Shown here: piece by piece, positions 39,091 through 47,505 of the stretch
Layout: every line of letters begins with the position of its first letter
How positions within the stretch are numbered: the stretch's first letter is position 1
Assembly (NCBI GenBank): GCA_949300365.1
Contig: CASGEC010000006.1
Location: forward strand, 137,253 to 201,252
Source: an uncultured Bacillota bacterium
Lineage (GTDB): Bacteria > Bacillota_I > Bacilli_A > RFN20 > CAG-288
Length of the DNA: 64,000 nucleotides
Direction: 5' to 3'
Translations under genes and position numbers: made by a program
Notes under the pieces: model-generated
Databases searched by the model: none
What the model was told of the DNA's origin: nothing
What the model saw: only the letters and a program-made list of their open reading frames with translations

Positions 39091-39160
39091 GCTTCAAGGG
39101 TGGATGATTCCTCAAAGAAGCCCAAGCGTTATCAGACGACACAACATTTACGTAACTCTA

Positions 39161-39382
39161 CTATTGTTTAGAAAGCCGTTCTTCACGAAGAGCATCTCCA
39201 TCTATTTCGAGATCGGATGGAATGGTTCCGACAAGGCTTTTCAGGATTTCGGTTCTGTTTGCTTTTGGACTTGTAATAGGCACGATGGGCTTTCCGTTTT
39301 GCATAATGCTGATTTCTCGGCTTGCAGCCATTCCAAGACATCGATCAAGGTTATGTTTGAGTTCTGTCATGGTGATGGGCAT
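39161..39382 (-). CDS. Phd/YefM-type antitoxin with no cognate toxin gene
   Basis: 73 aa. ITMTELKHNLDRCLGMAASREISIMQNGKPIVPITSP matches the Phd/YefM N-terminal pattern. SD AAAGGAGAGGA. Only about 120 nt of non-coding DNA and a terminator lie downstream. Confidence 0.65.
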   Translation of the reverse strand: MPITMTELKHNLDRCLGMAASREISIMQNGKPIVPITSPKANRTEILKSLVGTIPSDLEIDGDALREERLSKQ

Positions 39383-39438
39383 GTTCCTCTCCTTTGTATC
39401 GAAATGCCTTTACCTACTCCAATACCTTCGACCGGTCA

Positions 39439-39759
39439 TCAAGTGTTTTGGCCATAGGTAAGGGAATAACCATCATCCGTCTCACAAAGCGTGCCGGCAT
39501 AGATGTCGCGAACATAGACATAATCCCTTCTCAAGAGAGACATTTGCTTGTCCTCTTTCTTTCCCGGGACTGCTTCCATGCCAAACATGGAAAGGGCGAC
39601 ATTGACCTTGTCCATTCGGACTGTTTCCTTACCCTGTTCGAGTTCACGGACAAAGCGCAGGCCCAGGCCACTGCGGATGGCGAACTCTTCTTGCGCCAGT
39701 CCAGCGGCTTTTCTGTTTTCTTTGATAAATTTTGCTATTTTGTTCCTCTCTCTTTGCAA
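39439..39759 (-). pseudogene. HipB/y4mF-type HTH antitoxin fused in frame to a roughly 34-codon stub of the HipA toxin N-terminus (hipA truncated)
   Basis: N-terminal GLAQEEFAIRSGLGLRFVRELEQGKETVRMDKVNVALSMFG is the y4mF/HipB HTH pattern. C-terminal MSLLRRDYVYVRDIYAGTLCETDDGYSLTYGQNT resembles the HipA N-terminal beta-strand region, then a TGA TGA double stop. None of the three frames continues HipA before the Phd gene. Confidence 0.55.
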
Positions 39760-39832
39760 TTGACGCCTATAAAAGCGAAGAAAGATTTCACGACGGATAC
39801 ACCCGTATCGTGTAAAGGCTGGGCAGGAGAAG

Positions 39833-40639
39833 CTATCGTCTATGGTTGAACTTCTCGAGCCGATCGATCAGGATGAGGTCGTGCTTCTTGGCGAACTGGA
39901 CAGCTTCGAAGTTTGCCGAGCGATAGCCTAACTGCTCCGGGGCATGGGCATCCGCGCCGAAGATGCACTTGGCCTTGTATTTGCTGACGAGGTTGAAGAA
40001 ATCATCCGTTGGATAGATCCACCGTTTTTCATCCCCAATCTGTTTCTTTCCGTTGCGGATACCGGCGATGTTGATCTCAATTGGAATGCCGTAGGCGATA
40101 CAGCATTCGATGAGATCCCTGGAAACCTTTTTGCAATCGGCATCGAAGTTGTCAATTGATGAAAGGAAGTAGTCCGGATGGGCAAAGATGGAGAACATGC
40201 CTGTCGAGAGAGCCTTTAAGGCAAGGTCGCGGTAGAGGAAGAGCTGGCTGGGATTGGTGATATGGGAAAAGTGGGCGTAGATCTTCTTGTCCGTTCCCAA
40301 GGCGGAATGGTTTCCGAGGATCAGATAGTCGAGAATGCCGCCATCGAGGAGTTCCTTGTAGTAGGGGAAATAGTCCGGGAAGCTTTCGGCTTCAAAGCCG
40401 ATATGGATTTCTATCTGTTTCTCGTATTTCTTCTTCAAGGAGCCAATGGAATCGCAATAGTCCTGGAAGAGGGAATAGTCTCCGCGCTTGTAGGGCTCAG
40501 AGAAATCCGGAAGCATGGCGTGATCGGAAAAGCCGAGGATTTGAAAACCGCAGCCGATGGCCTCAAGGACATAATCCTCATCTTCGCCGCTGGCATGGCC
40601 GCATCTCTTGGTGTGCGTGTGGTAATTGCATGTAAACAT
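39833..40639 (-). CDS. PHP-domain phosphoesterase (HisJ-family histidinol-phosphatase-like)
   Basis: 268 aa from ATG 40639 (MFTCNYHTHTKRCGHASG, the PHP H-x-H motif). Also GFSDHA, FAHPDY and FGADAHAP. The 58 upstream codons of the track ORF span a divergent promoter region. Confidence 0.8.
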   Translation of the reverse strand: MFTCNYHTHTKRCGHASGEDEDYVLEAIGCGFQILGFSDHAMLPDFSEPYKRGDYSLFQDYCDSIGSLKKKYEKQIEIHIGFEAESFPDYFPYYKELLDGGILDYLILGNHSALGTDKKIYAHFSHITNPSQLFLYRDLALKALSTGMFSIFAHPDYFLSSIDNFDADCKKVSRDLIECCIAYGIPIEINIAGIRNGKKQIGDEKRWIYPTDDFFNLVSKYKAKCIFGADAHAPEQLGYRSANFEAVQFAKKHDLILIDRLEKFNHRR

Positions 40640-40720
40640 AAGATGACAATAGTATAAGACCTTTTCTTCGGGAAATGGAAAGGCAACGGGCGTATAATGA
40701 AAAGAAAAGGAGGGGGATTG

Positions 40721-41500
40721 ATGAAGAAAGGTGTTTTCGTTGCGATACCGCTTCTTCTTTCCTCGTCCCTGTTTTATGCTTCCTGCACGAACGAAGAAAA
40801 GTATGAGCTTCATACCATCGACCAGAACGATTTGCTTGTGAAGGATGTCGCTGGATCGTATCGCCCGGGAACCTCTATTGAAGTCATCCTTGCCTTTCGT
40901 TCCGGACCCAAGGTCAGCTGTCTTATCGACGGAGTGGAATATGAAGGAAGGCTCAATGCGGATGGAGAGGAATCCTTCGTCTATACGATGCCGGCCAAGG
41001 ATGTCACGCTCTATACCATGCTCAATGGCTTTACCGGCCTTGAGGAAACGATGGACCTTCCGGTTTCCTACGACTATGGCCAGTATCTTCCAAATGTCGC
41101 GACAAAGCTTCTCGGATTAAGCCTCATGAATCCTGACGAGAAAATCGTCGATAAGGCAATCGCCGGGGATGTGCTTCGCCTTTACTATCGCGGTGAGCTT
41201 CTTATCCAGGAGACATACCCAGGCCAGGCTGTCTACGGGGAGGACTTCTCTTTTGTTTCCTTGACCTTCCTCAAGAAGGCGGAGTTCGTGGAACTTTCCT
41301 TGAAGGACATAGTCGTCGATCCTCAAAAGCCGGCGTATGTCCTTTTGGATGCGGAAGGACATTTCGAAAGCCTGGAAGACTATCTCTCCACAGGGGAGAG
41401 AATTTATGCCGCAAAAGATCCATCGACTGGTGAAATCTTTGCCTACTATGGCTATCAAGCCCGGGAAAGAGAAGAGACACCTAAGGAAGAATCCGATTGA
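40721..41500 (+). CDS. Lipoprotein, function unknown
   Basis: ATG 40721 is preceded by AAAAGGAGGGGG. The track start 40697 lies inside a TATAAT (40693-40698). Signal plus lipobox LFYASC. Confidence 0.7.
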   Translation: MKKGVFVAIPLLLSSSLFYASCTNEEKYELHTIDQNDLLVKDVAGSYRPGTSIEVILAFRSGPKVSCLIDGVEYEGRLNADGEESFVYTMPAKDVTLYTMLNGFTGLEETMDLPVSYDYGQYLPNVATKLLGLSLMNPDEKIVDKAIAGDVLRLYYRGELLIQETYPGQAVYGEDFSFVSLTFLKKAEFVELSLKDIVVDPQKPAYVLLDAEGHFESLEDYLSTGERIYAAKDPSTGEIFAYYGYQAREREETPKEESD

Positions 41501-41684
41501 AGAAGGGAAAGGGAAAATCCATTTCTTCTAGCCTTTGACAGCCCATGGAATGCCAGGTCTTGTCCCTAGGAAAAACAAAGGCACGACAAGGCTTTCTTTT
41601 GCTTTGGATATCGGCATTTTTGACTACAAAGGAAAGCGAACAAAAGTTTATAATAAAGACATATGTGTATTGGGGGATTTCAAC

Positions 41685-44600
41685 ATGGATACTCCGACAA
41701 GCGAACAGACAATTCGAATCAAGGCGAGGATGGCACCGGGCATTTCCCTGCTCTCCGTTGTCAATGAGCCTTTGCCATGCATCGTTTCCTTGGCTATCGA
41801 GAACCTTTCCGACAAGGGCATAAAGGACCTTCGTCTGGAGATTTCCTTTGATCCGGCTATCGGCAAGGATCATACGATTACCTTCAACTATATCGGCTCG
41901 AAGTCGACGTCCTTGGTCAGTCCGAACGAACTGAAGAAACTTGTCCTCGACAAGGCCTATTTTGCTTCCCTTTCGGAGAAGGCAGAAGGCACGATCCATC
42001 TTAAGGCCTATGCCGAAGAAAGCACGGAACCGCTGAGCGAAGAGAACATCACCATTCCTCTTCTTCCATTTGGAACATGGGGAGGAATCGGCGAAATCAA
42101 GTATTCCCACTTGGCAAGTTTCGTTATGCCGACCATGCCTGTCGTCAAGAAGATGGCGATAAAGGCCGGCGATATCCTGCGCAACGAGAAGAAAGGAACG
42201 GCCTGTGGCTACCAGGAAGACACGCAAGGTGTCCTCGACCAAACGGAGTCGGTTTTCAAGGCGCTTCAGGGCCAGCAGCTGGAATATGTCGACCAAGATC
42301 GAAATCCTCAAGTAGGAGAGATTGTCCGCCTTCCGGAGCAGACCTATCGAGAGAAAAAGGGGACAGCGATCGATCTGGCTGTTCTCTTCGCCTCTGTCTT
42401 GGAGGATATCGGTCTCCACTCTGTCCTCTGCCTATGGGAAAGCACGGCCCTTGTCGGCTGTTTCCTCGAGGAGGACTTCTTCCTTGCCAACTCGATTGAG
42501 GACGGCTACAGCCATGTCCAAAGCCTCGAGCAGCAGGGAAAGCTTGTCCTTGTGGAAGTCAAAAGCCTTTCCAATCCCATCCTCTCCTTCAAGGAAGCCG
42601 TGGAGAAGGCAAAGGCCATTCTCGTCAAGCCCAAAGAATTCTTCCGGGCCATCGATGTCTCCATCTGCCGCGATAGCGGTATTTTCCCCCTTCCGCTCAA
42701 CTACGATACGGAGACGGGAGCGATAACCCTCGGGGACATCAACCAGTACCAGCGCACGCATGCCCATGACAGCTTCGATGAAACGATCCTCGCGCCGCGG
42801 GAAAGTCCGGCATCCGGCTTTGATATCTGGGAGAGGGAACTGCTCGACCTTTCCATGAACAATCCGCTCCTCAACGACCGAATCAAGCGCTCGATTTCCT
42901 TCCTCTGCAACGACACCGACTTCTTCACGAAATCCTTCAAGGACGACGACAAGTTCTCGATCGCCCAGAAACCCGTGACGATGACCGGCGAAATCGATCC
43001 GCTTCTTGTCTCCTCCGATAGCAAATACCAGGCTCTAAGCGAAAGTGCCATCAAGAGCAAGAAACTGATTTCGACGCAGAGCGATAGCGATCTTCAGGAC
43101 AGGCTCAAGAGGATCTACAGGAAATACCGGGACAACCTCAACGAGACTGGTTCCAATACGCTTTATCTTACGGTCGGACTTCTGAAATACTACGAGATCC
43201 AGAACCAGGACAACCTCGGCGCCTATCGTCTTGCTCCTATCGTCCTCATTCCGGTCGATATCGTAAGGGACGTGAAGGGAAAGAGCTATAACCTCCGCCT
43301 CCGGGACGAGGACTGGCTCTTGAACACGACCTTGATCGAATTCCTGAAGAAGGAAAGGAATCTGGACCTCTATGCCATCGAGAGCGTCCAGCCCGATAGC
43401 GACGGCCATCTGGATGTCCAGAAGATCCTGACGGCCTTTTCCAAGGCAATCCACGGCATCTCGGGCTGGTATTGCTATCGCAACTATCTCGGCCTTGGCT
43501 CTTTTGACTTCACCCACTACTGCATGTGGAGCGACCTACGAAACCGCCGGGACCAGATGGAAAGAAACCAGATCGTCAAATCCCTTGCGACTGGAAGGAA
43601 GGAGTGGTCGGAAAGCACATCCACCAACCCGATCAAGGAAAGCGACTGCTGCATCCCGCTTGTTGCCGACTCCAGCCAGATCGAGGCCATCAAGAAATGC
43701 GCCGATTCCAAGTCCTTCATCCTCTTTGGCCCTCCGGGAACGGGAAAGAGCCAGACGATCGTCAACATGATCGCCAACTCCCTCTTCCACGGAAAGAAAG
43801 TCCTCTTCGTCTCCGAGAAGCAGGCGGCCCTGGATGTCGTCTATAACCGTCTCAAGCGCATCGGACTGGATCCCTTCTGCCTCCAGCTTCATTCCGCAAA
43901 GGCCAGCAAGGGAAGCGTCCTTTCCCAGTTCTCCAATGCCTTCAAGCACGCCCAGCTGGGATCGCCGGCGGAATATGAAAGGACGAAGGAAGATATCGTC
44001 AACCTGCGCGCGAAACTGGAGTATGACATCGAGGTCTTCAATAGGAAGGCGCCCTGTTTCCTTTCCATCAACGATGCCCTCATCGGCTATGAATCGGTCA
44101 AGGCCTTCCGCTCCATTCCTTCCTTCACGGACGATTTCATCCGTTCCATGACCGAAGAGAAGTTCAAGAAGATAAACGACGTCACCGAAAGGATCGCCTA
44201 CTTGGAAGCCTATGGCCACTTCGGCGAATTCTACAACAACGATCTTGTCCCCTTAAGAGGACATGCCTATGGCTTGGAGAAAAGGGAGCAGGTCGGAAGC
44301 GCCGTCAAGGAACTGCTTAGGAAGGCCGTTTCCCTCTCCGGCGCCGTTAACAAGATCAAGAATACCTTCCGCCCTGTCTTTTCCCTCACTCGGGAGAACA
44401 CCGACGTCCTTGTCGCCTACTTGAATGCCTATCTTGTCCCTGAGGCGCCCCATCCTCTTTCCAATGCCATCCAGGATCTCTCCATCCGGGAAAGCGAGAA
44501 GGACATCAGGACATTCCTTGAAAAGCTACGGGAATACCAGGAGAAAAGGCGCGAAAAGATCCTTCCCTTCCTCTCCCCGCAGGCTTTGGATGACATCACC

Positions 44601-47486
44601 CTCAAGGATTGCTATGCCGAGGTCAAGACGATCGACTTGGCCGGCAAGCTTTTCCATAAGTCCAAGAGTTCCAAGAGAGCCAAGAAAGGCCTGCGGAAGT
44701 ATCTCAACGTCAAGATCCGGAACAAGGATGCCGTCGACCTTCTCGCCACCTGCATCGAACTTCAGAACCTGAGAAACGATCTCGACACTTTCATGCCAAT
44801 CGTAAGAAACGTCTTCCGGGAAGAATTCAAGTCCTACGATGAAAGCGATGCCGATGACTTGATGCGTCAGTTCAACTACTCCATCAGCCTTGCCAACAGC
44901 GTCCTCCCCATCGGCGAGATCACCCAGCAGAAGATGATGATCTCCTCCCTTCTGAGCTTCTCCCGCTCCATCTCCAACATCAACGTCAACATGATCAATG
45001 TCTTCCGCTCCGTCCATGCCGACTTCTGGAAACTCGCTCAGGAATACCGCGAGAAGCTCGAGCTCGACCTCTCCTATCTTCCCGACCGCTATGACTTCTA
45101 TTCGACCTTGCCGACGAGCCTGAACAAGATCCAGGAAAAGCTGCTCTTTGCTGCCGAATGGGCGAACATGAACTCGGCTATCGACGAACTGAAGGCTTTG
45201 GATCTCCAGAGCGCTGCCGATTGTCTGATGGAAGGAAAGGTCAGCTGCCGCGACTTGGGACGGGCCATCGATTGCAATATCTATCTTGGTATCGCCCTCC
45301 TTTCCATCCGCGAGAACAATCTGGAATCCTTCTCAGGCCTTAGCGAAGAGGCGACCATCAGCAAGTACAACGAGGAATGCCGCCGCTTCCGCGAGCTTTC
45401 CATTGCCCAGCTTCTTTCCCAGTTGAGCGAGAACATCCCCAACGACAACAGCAATGCCTCGCCGACATCCGAACTGGGCTTCCTGAAGAAAGCCATCGCC
45501 TCCAATGGCCATGGCAAGTCCATCCGCAAGATCCTCGATGGGGCCATCAACCTCATCCGGACCCTTTGCCCGTGCTTCCTCATGTCCCCGATGTCCGCCG
45601 CGACCTATCTCAGCCCCGACATGGCACCCTTTGATGTCGTCATCTTCGACGAGGCTTCCCAGATTCCGACTGCCGAGGCCGTCGGTCCCATCAGCCGTGG
45701 CAAGAGCCTTGTTGTCTGCGGCGATAGCAACCAGCTTCCTCCGACGTCCTTCTTCAAGCGGGACAATTCGTCCGAGAATGCCGACTTCCTGACTTCCTCC
45801 CTTCCTTCCATCCTCGAGGAATGCAAGGCCATCATGCTGCCCGAACAGGAACTGAGATGGCATTACCGCAGCCGTTCGGAATCCCTTATCGCCTTCTCCA
45901 ACCACGAGTTCTATTACGATTCCCTCTATACCTTCCCCTCCATCGACGACCAGGTTTCCATGGTCAAGTACTGCCGTGTGGATTCTTCCTATGACCGTTC
46001 CCATTCCCGCACCAACGAGGAGGAGGCAAAGGCCATCGTCAAGGAAGTCCTCCGCCGCAAGAACGATCCCAAGCTCAAGAAGGATTCCATCGGTATCGTC
46101 GCCTTCTCCCAGGCGCAGAAGGATCTCATCGAAGACAAGCTCGACGATGCCTTGACCGGTGCCTTGAAGGACGAGGACGATGAGGCCCTTGAGCCGATCT
46201 TCGTCAAGAACCTGGAAAACGTCCAGGGTGACGAAAGAGACATCATCATCTTCTCCATCGGCTATGGCATGGACCGCAGCGGACGCATGACGATGAACTT
46301 CGGCCCCATCAACGGCATCAACGGCTTCCGCAGACTCAACGTCGCCATTTCCAGGGCGAGGAAGGAAATGCTCATCTATACCAACATCGATCCGGACCGC
46401 TATCATGACGAGGATATCGACAATCCGGGTGCCCAATACCTCTTCCGCTTCCTTCGCTATGCCAAGCATGGACGGACGGCCCTTGCCAATTCCACAAGGA
46501 CCACGGCCAAGGACGATGAAGTCCTGTCCGAATCCATCGCCAGCGAGCTCAGGAAGAAGGGCTATACCGTCCATACCGGTGTCGGTGATTCCTCCTTCCA
46601 CCTGAACCTTGCCATCGTCGACAAGGACCATCCGGAAGACTATCTCCTGGGTGTCATGGTCGAGGGCGAGAAGGGAACGAACTATCACCTGACGGACAAG
46701 CTGCAGATCCAGCCCCAGGTTCTCAAGTCCCTCGGCTGGAAGACTATCCGCGTCTACGCCTTGGACTGGATCAACTCCCCCTCGAGCGTCATCACCGAGA
46801 TCGAGATCGCCTACAAAAAGGCACAGGACAACAAGAGAGCCTCTTCCTATCGGGACGTCTATGAGAAGAAAGAGGATAGAAAGAACGTCCCCCAGCCACC
46901 TGTCCTCAAGGAGAACAAAAAACGGGTCGGCAAGGGAAGAAACTACATGGTTCCCGACTACAGGACCCTGGATGCCTCCAAGATGAACCATGAGCAGATC
47001 CTCGAACAGATCGGCATCGTCATCCGCAATGAGGCCCCGATCAGCGAAAGGCTGCTCCAGAAACGGATCACGAAGATCTTCGGCCTGACCCGCCTTGCCA
47101 ATCGCAACAAGGACGAGTACGACATCGCCATTTCCCAGGCCATGAAGAAGTATCCTCTGACGCACAACAAGGACGGAAGCCTCTTCTTCTGGAACGAGGG
47201 AAGCAATCCCAAGAAGCTGGACTTCTACCGCAACCGCAACGGCAATACGGAAAGAAGCATCAACGATATCGCCAAGGAGGAAATCGCCGTCGCTATCTAT
47301 GATGTCCTGATGGATCAGTTTGGTATCGACAAGGAAGGCTTGGAAAGACAGCTTCTTGCCTACTTCTCCATGTCCCGGGATACCGGAAAGTATCACGACA
47401 TCCTTGAGGAAGCCATCGACTGGGCCATCGAAAACAGGACGGATTTCCTGACGACGGGAGAAAACGGAACCTTGATCCTGAAGTAG
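41685..47486 (+). CDS. 1,933-aa multidomain protein: degenerate transglutaminase-like N-region + DUF4011 + Upf1-like SF1 helicase (AAA_11/AAA_12) + DUF559/Vsr-like restriction-endonuclease-fold domain + DUF3320
   Basis: Start ATG 41685 with GGGGGA 7 nt upstream. Motifs in order: KKGTAIDLAVLFASVLEDIGL; WERELLDLSMNNPLLN / GSNTLYLTVGLLKY / LAPIVLIPVDI; GPPGTGKS (43728-43751); DEASQ (45648-45662); WHYRSRSESLIAFSN; VQGDERDIIIFS; FRRLNVAISRAR; FHLNLAIVD...LGVMVEGE...LGWKTIRVYALDW; C-terminal ISERLLQKRITKIFGL. Confidence 0.85.
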   Translation: MDTPTSEQTIRIKARMAPGISLLSVVNEPLPCIVSLAIENLSDKGIKDLRLEISFDPAIGKDHTITFNYIGSKSTSLVSPNELKKLVLDKAYFASLSEKAEGTIHLKAYAEESTEPLSEENITIPLLPFGTWGGIGEIKYSHLASFVMPTMPVVKKMAIKAGDILRNEKKGTACGYQEDTQGVLDQTESVFKALQGQQLEYVDQDRNPQVGEIVRLPEQTYREKKGTAIDLAVLFASVLEDIGLHSVLCLWESTALVGCFLEEDFFLANSIEDGYSHVQSLEQQGKLVLVEVKSLSNPILSFKEAVEKAKAILVKPKEFFRAIDVSICRDSGIFPLPLNYDTETGAITLGDINQYQRTHAHDSFDETILAPRESPASGFDIWERELLDLSMNNPLLNDRIKRSISFLCNDTDFFTKSFKDDDKFSIAQKPVTMTGEIDPLLVSSDSKYQALSESAIKSKKLISTQSDSDLQDRLKRIYRKYRDNLNETGSNTLYLTVGLLKYYEIQNQDNLGAYRLAPIVLIPVDIVRDVKGKSYNLRLRDEDWLLNTTLIEFLKKERNLDLYAIESVQPDSDGHLDVQKILTAFSKAIHGISGWYCYRNYLGLGSFDFTHYCMWSDLRNRRDQMERNQIVKSLATGRKEWSESTSTNPIKESDCCIPLVADSSQIEAIKKCADSKSFILFGPPGTGKSQTIVNMIANSLFHGKKVLFVSEKQAALDVVYNRLKRIGLDPFCLQLHSAKASKGSVLSQFSNAFKHAQLGSPAEYERTKEDIVNLRAKLEYDIEVFNRKAPCFLSINDALIGYESVKAFRSIPSFTDDFIRSMTEEKFKKINDVTERIAYLEAYGHFGEFYNNDLVPLRGHAYGLEKREQVGSAVKELLRKAVSLSGAVNKIKNTFRPVFSLTRENTDVLVAYLNAYLVPEAPHPLSNAIQDLSIRESEKDIRTFLEKLREYQEKRREKILPFLSPQALDDITLKDCYAEVKTIDLAGKLFHKSKSSKRAKKGLRKYLNVKIRNKDAVDLLATCIELQNLRNDLDTFMPIVRNVFREEFKSYDESDADDLMRQFNYSISLANSVLPIGEITQQKMMISSLLSFSRSISNINVNMINVFRSVHADFWKLAQEYREKLELDLSYLPDRYDFYSTLPTSLNKIQEKLLFAAEWANMNSAIDELKALDLQSAADCLMEGKVSCRDLGRAIDCNIYLGIALLSIRENNLESFSGLSEEATISKYNEECRRFRELSIAQLLSQLSENIPNDNSNASPTSELGFLKKAIASNGHGKSIRKILDGAINLIRTLCPCFLMSPMSAATYLSPDMAPFDVVIFDEASQIPTAEAVGPISRGKSLVVCGDSNQLPPTSFFKRDNSSENADFLTSSLPSILEECKAIMLPEQELRWHYRSRSESLIAFSNHEFYYDSLYTFPSIDDQVSMVKYCRVDSSYDRSHSRTNEEEAKAIVKEVLRRKNDPKLKKDSIGIVAFSQAQKDLIEDKLDDALTGALKDEDDEALEPIFVKNLENVQGDERDIIIFSIGYGMDRSGRMTMNFGPINGINGFRRLNVAISRARKEMLIYTNIDPDRYHDEDIDNPGAQYLFRFLRYAKHGRTALANSTRTTAKDDEVLSESIASELRKKGYTVHTGVGDSSFHLNLAIVDKDHPEDYLLGVMVEGEKGTNYHLTDKLQIQPQVLKSLGWKTIRVYALDWINSPSSVITEIEIAYKKAQDNKRASSYRDVYEKKEDRKNVPQPPVLKENKKRVGKGRNYMVPDYRTLDASKMNHEQILEQIGIVIRNEAPISERLLQKRITKIFGLTRLANRNKDEYDIAISQAMKKYPLTHNKDGSLFFWNEGSNPKKLDFYRNRNGNTERSINDIAKEEIAVAIYDVLMDQFGIDKEGLERQLLAYFSMSRDTGKYHDILEEAIDWAIENRTDFLTTGENGTLILK

Positions 47487-47505
47487 CTAAGGAGACGCAT
47501 CCGAT

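Noticed and set aside
41535-41684. The 50-codon N-terminal extension of the giant ORF given by the track
   Set aside because: The extension uses A/T-ending codons (TAT AAT AAA GAC ATA TGT GTA) and contains a TATAAT and the SD-like GGGGGA. ATG 41685 is the first start with proper context.
45333-47396. 687-aa minus-strand ORF inside the giant helicase gene
   Set aside because: It is codon-aligned antisense to the region carrying the DEAS, motif V/VI and REase-like motifs, so it is a shadow ORF.
41685-47486. Classifying the giant helicase as Mokosh (type II) or Nhi
   Set aside because: No PLD-type HxK(x)4D nuclease motif or separate MkoB-like gene is visible. The domain order (DUF4011, REase-fold, DUF3320) and the size differ from what I recall of Nhi. 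I treat it as an unclassified relative pending searches.
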